Shown here piece by piece: positions 60,301 to 64,000 of a stretch of 64,000 bases of DNA. The position numbers were made by a program, and so were the translations under genes. A model generated the notes under the pieces. That model ran no database searches and was not told where the DNA came from. It saw only the letters and a program-made list of their open reading frames with translations. The first letter of the stretch is position 1. Each line of letters begins with the position of its first letter. The DNA is from an uncultured candidate division Zixibacteria bacterium (GTDB taxonomy: Bacteria > Zixibacteria > MSB-5A5 > GN15 > PGXB01), in the NCBI GenBank assembly GCA_963702205.1, contig OY969724.1:3648001-3712000 (forward strand). Direction: 5' to 3'.

Positions 60301-62150
60301 GTCTGGTCCTTGGGACGGATATACCCGTCCAAAAGCTGCAACGATCGGCGCACCTCGCCGATAAACGGATAGGCCGCGTAATCGGATAACAGAGTGTTGT
60401 ATATCCGTACGGCGGCCTCTTTATTTTCAGGAGATGCCGCCAGAAGGTCGGCTTTGAGTTTCAAACAGTACGGGTAAAAATAATCGTCTTCGTGCTGTCC
60501 CGCCATATCGTCGACAATCCCGATCGCCCCGGTTGTATCCCCGGACTGAACCTTGTCTTCGGCCAGCTTCAAAGTAGACAAACCATACAGCGCCGAGTAC
60601 GGCAACTCTCTTATCGCCTCCAGACAAGCTGCCATCGAGTCGGGCATGCGGCGGGTTTGGTAAAATTCAGCTTCGGAATAAAGATTCAGCGCTCCCGGCG
60701 AGTTGATGGCGTTCTCACCGATGATCAGGCTGTGCATGAGAGCATCATTGACATGAAATCCTTTCGGATAATCCTCGATATGCTTGCGCATACCGAACTC
60801 GGCGTCGGCATAATTTTTCCGGAAAAACGTGATCAGAGCCAGAGTGTACGAGACGTTTTCGGCGTCATCCGGCACCAGTCTTTTGTCCATCATTTTCTTA
60901 TACGCCGCTTCCGCCCGGTCGAGATCGCCATCGATTATCAGCATCTGCGCCAGGGCCAGACCGGCCGGGTTGTTGTACTGACCTATCTGATTTTCCTGAT
61001 TGACCAAATTATAATAAACCCGGGCGGAATCGAAATTATTCAAGGTATTGCGATATAGGTCCCCGAGGGCAAGCAGGGCCTGAGCCCTGTCCCGGCGCAG
61101 CTCCTTGTGGATGGCCAGTTCATGATACTGGGCCAGCGCCTTGTCGATGTGCCCCAGGGCCGCCAGGGCTTCGGCATAATAGAACTTAGCCTGCGAGGAC
61201 GATGAATTCTCGATATTATTCTTTTCCATATAATCGCCGGTAGCGATAACCTGGGCATAGAGTTTTCTTTCCCGACACCGCCGCATATATGCAAAAAGTT
61301 CGTGCCCGTGCTCGTCGCTCAAAGAGTCGAGCTTGATGCAGACATTGAAGGCTTCCGGATATTGCTCGTTATAGACATAGGCTTCGAGCAGGGCCCGAAG
61401 AGCCACAAGGTTATTGGGCAGGCTGTCGAGATATCCGGCCAGGGCACCGATCGCCTTCGGCGCCGCCCCGGGATACCGAATCAACAGGGCCAGCTTCTTC
61501 TCGGCGGTCGCCGCCGAAACGGAGTCTTTCTGACCCGCCCGCAAATATTCAAAAACCGCCGAATCATAATCCATGCGCGTTTCATAAACCGAAGCCGCGT
61601 CAAACCCGAACAGATCGTCCTGTCCAAGTTCATTACGGGCTCGTTCGATCAGTTTCATCGCGACATCTTCGCTGTTGTCGTTCATAAGCACCCGTATCAG
61701 GGTGTTATAAATCCCCTGATTGCCGGGAAAAAGACCGATTGCTTTGTCGACTATCCCGGCCAGCGCCGAATCATTTCCGATATTGTTGTACAGGTTTATC
61801 AGGTCGACATAATACGTCAGGTTGGTTGGATTCTTTTCGATCTGGCCGTTCAAAAACGTCTCAGCTTTGTCATAAGCCTTCAACTCAAAATAGCAGGTGA
61901 TAAGCATATCGGTCACACGACGATCGTTGGGGTACTTTTCCAGAAGGGCCTCAACATAATCGACCGCCGACAGGTACGCCCCCTGCGCCATCAGTTGGCG
62001 CGCTACCGCCATATCCTGATCGGCCTGCGTCATCTCCGACTGAGGTGATATAATTTTAATGCTGCCCATAGGGCCATCGTCGGCGTGTGCTGTACACGCC
62101 GCCGAAAACAGGACGAGCATTAATACAAAAGCTGTTTTATTCTTTGTCAT
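60297..62150 (-). CDS. Exported TPR protein
   Basis: Signal peptide; many TPR-like repeats. Confidence 0.85.
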   Translation of the reverse strand: MTKNKTAFVLMLVLFSAACTAHADDGPMGSIKIISPQSEMTQADQDMAVARQLMAQGAYLSAVDYVEALLEKYPNDRRVTDMLITCYFELKAYDKAETFLNGQIEKNPTNLTYYVDLINLYNNIGNDSALAGIVDKAIGLFPGNQGIYNTLIRVLMNDNSEDVAMKLIERARNELGQDDLFGFDAASVYETRMDYDSAVFEYLRAGQKDSVSAATAEKKLALLIRYPGAAPKAIGALAGYLDSLPNNLVALRALLEAYVYNEQYPEAFNVCIKLDSLSDEHGHELFAYMRRCRERKLYAQVIATGDYMEKNNIENSSSSQAKFYYAEALAALGHIDKALAQYHELAIHKELRRDRAQALLALGDLYRNTLNNFDSARVYYNLVNQENQIGQYNNPAGLALAQMLIIDGDLDRAEAAYKKMMDKRLVPDDAENVSYTLALITFFRKNYADAEFGMRKHIEDYPKGFHVNDALMHSLIIGENAINSPGALNLYSEAEFYQTRRMPDSMAACLEAIRELPYSALYGLSTLKLAEDKVQSGDTTGAIGIVDDMAGQHEDDYFYPYCLKLKADLLAASPENKEAAVRIYNTLLSDYAAYPFIGEVRRSLQLLDGYIRPKDQT

Positions 62151-64000
62151 ATGACGGCTGTTTAGAATTCAAGGTTGACTTTTCCAGCAACGCTTTAAAG
62201 TACGCTTTAATATGCTGTTCATACTCGGCCGGATAGTTCTCATTCATGAAATGCCGCAATCTGTCTTCGATATCCAGACCACCGTTCAACTGTGACCCGC
62301 TCAGCGCCGGGGGCGGCTGACGCAGCACGTCCTGCGCCGGAGTCGACTGGCGTTGGTCGGTGTAGTCTTTTCTTTGCAGCGTCCTGGTGGCGTCGAGCAT
62401 GCGCGACAATATCCGCAATTGTCTTTCCTGCGTTTCCGGACCGATCTCGCCTTTACTCAAAGCATCGGATACATCTTTCATCTCATTGGCGACGGCGTCG
62501 AGCCGCCCGAGCACTTCCTTGCTGTCGCCGAATTCATCGGCCAGTTGTTGAAGAGTCTTGCCGATGTTGCTCTGTTCCCCGGCCAGACGCCGAAGGGCAT
62601 CCTGATCGTTGCTCGCGTTCTTGCCCGGGTTATTGCACATCGACTGGGTCTGCTGATTGAGCTTTTGCTGTTTGTCGCACAGCGAATTCATAGCCATCGA
62701 CGGTTTATTGCACGCCGCACCGCCTTTATTGCACTGCTTTTGATTTTCCAGCGCGTCGAGCATTCGTACCGCCGCCCGGTTGAGCTCGGTCATGGCTTCT
62801 TTCTGGGCATTAACTCCCTGCGGTCGCCGCCGCTCCGAAAAATTATCAATGGCCAAATCCATATTGCCGAGTACCGATCTGACCACGTTGTCCATTTCGG
62901 CGGCGATAAACGGCGATTGTTTGCCGAGCGCCTCGAGTCTCTTCTGCAGGCCGGTGACCGATTCCTTGATAATCTGCTGCTGGGCCGCGTAATCGCGCAG
63001 GACTTCGGAATTGTTTAATACTTCATCGGCCCCTTTGATCAAACCTTCCTGCTTGTCGGACAAATAATCTATATCGTCGATAGCCTTGCGCATTTCTTCG
63101 GCCGCTTCCTGACCTCCGCCCTGACACATGCTCGACTGCCCCTGCTGAAGTTTATCCAGCAATGAAAGCAGTTTCGAACTGGCTTTCCTGCCTTCCTGCA
63201 CGGCGTCATTTTTCTTCTGCTGAGACAGGTTATCGGCCATGTTATTCATGTTCTGTCCGGCGTCGGTCTTTTCCACGGCGGTACAGAACTTATCGGCATT
63301 GGCGGCCTTGACATAGGCGAACTGGTCGAGCATCTCACGCATCTGGCGAGCCTGATCCTTGAGTGCGTCCATTTCACCGGACAGCTTTTTCTCGTCAGGG
63401 GCCATCTGCGGCAGATTTTTATCATTCGAGGAATCCGCATTGGAATTCATCTTGTCCTGCTTTTCCAGAAGCTCGCGGGCCATCTGTGTCATGGCGTTGA
63501 CTTTCTGCTCGATCTGCATCTTTTTCAGAAGCGCGATGGTTCGGTCCAGCCGCTGCATCATTTCTTTCTGGGACATCTCGAAATCCTTCATCGCCTGATC
63601 GAGCTGCTGCTTGTCCATGTTCTTGAGCGCCTCCATAAGCTCCAACTGGGACTTGCGCATTTCCGGCGTAGCCACTTCGTCGAACAGCTTCTTTATCTCG
63701 TTGAGCTTCTCCAGGACTTCGGTCGACGCCAGACGGTTTTTCTCCATGTCCTTGATGGCATCGTCCAGTTTCCTGGCCGTTTGCTTCAACTGGTCGGCGA
63801 TTTCGTCGTTGGACTTGGAGATTTCTTCCAGCTCCTTTTGCTGCTGCCAGTCCATTTTCTGGTTGCCCTGACTGCTCTGTTCTTCGAGATTGCGCGCGAC
63901 CTTTTTCAACCGTTCCGACAGCTCCTGATGGGCCTTGAGATAGCTCTCGGCGTCGTTTATGACCTGGCTCTGTTCGGCGTCGGTCTGCGCGATAATTTCT
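62137..64000 (-). CDS. DUF4175-like coiled-coil protein (5' part outside window)
   Basis: Gln-rich coiled coils; RQLRILSRML and YPAEYEQHIKAYF C-terminus. Confidence 0.8.
   Translation of the reverse strand, partial: EIIAQTDAEQSQVINDAESYLKAHQELSERLKKVARNLEEQSSQGNQKMDWQQQKELEEISKSNDEIADQLKQTARKLDDAIKDMEKNRLASTEVLEKLNEIKKLFDEVATPEMRKSQLELMEALKNMDKQQLDQAMKDFEMSQKEMMQRLDRTIALLKKMQIEQKVNAMTQMARELLEKQDKMNSNADSSNDKNLPQMAPDEKKLSGEMDALKDQARQMREMLDQFAYVKAANADKFCTAVEKTDAGQNMNNMADNLSQQKKNDAVQEGRKASSKLLSLLDKLQQGQSSMCQGGGQEAAEEMRKAIDDIDYLSDKQEGLIKGADEVLNNSEVLRDYAAQQQIIKESVTGLQKRLEALGKQSPFIAAEMDNVVRSVLGNMDLAIDNFSERRRPQGVNAQKEAMTELNRAAVRMLDALENQKQCNKGGAACNKPSMAMNSLCDKQQKLNQQTQSMCNNPGKNASNDQDALRRLAGEQSNIGKTLQQLADEFGDSKEVLGRLDAVANEMKDVSDALSKGEIGPETQERQLRILSRMLDATRTLQRKDYTDQRQSTPAQDVLRQPPPALSGSQLNGGLDIEDRLRHFMNENYPAEYEQHIKAYFKALLEKSTLNSKQPSYDKE

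Overview
Bacterial chromosomal window, moderately GC-rich with several AT-rich inserts. The gene set (cohesin/dockerin proteins, DUF2723, mcsA-mcsB-clpC next to lolCD-lysS) suggests an FCB-group organism such as Zixibacteria; this is inference. Most of it is housekeeping: dciA-gyrB, pth-rpsF-rpsR-rplI, glnA, rnhB, ispG, rqcH, two-subunit fumarase, rpmA, clpC/mcsB/mcsA, lolD/lolC, lysS, coaD, rsmD, comEA. I found no rRNA, tRNA or CRISPR array. The unusual features are: (1) a RAYT/TnpA-REP transposase plus at least five REP families built from shared hairpin modules, including a REP doublet translated in frame inside rqcH and a 153-bp MITE with a 4-bp target duplication inserted in a REP loop; (2) an AT-rich NYN RNase gene preceded by promoter, ~80-nt two-hairpin RNA and terminator, which resembles a type III toxin-antitoxin layout; (3) a DUF202 protein whose RTxLA motif is expanded to 23 uninterrupted heptads; (4) an AT-rich stand-alone DUF4365-TPR gene that is a candidate defence gene. 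Three single frameshifts (clpC, a dockerin gene, a beta-propeller gene) may be sequencing errors. Family names come from recognising motifs, not from database searches.
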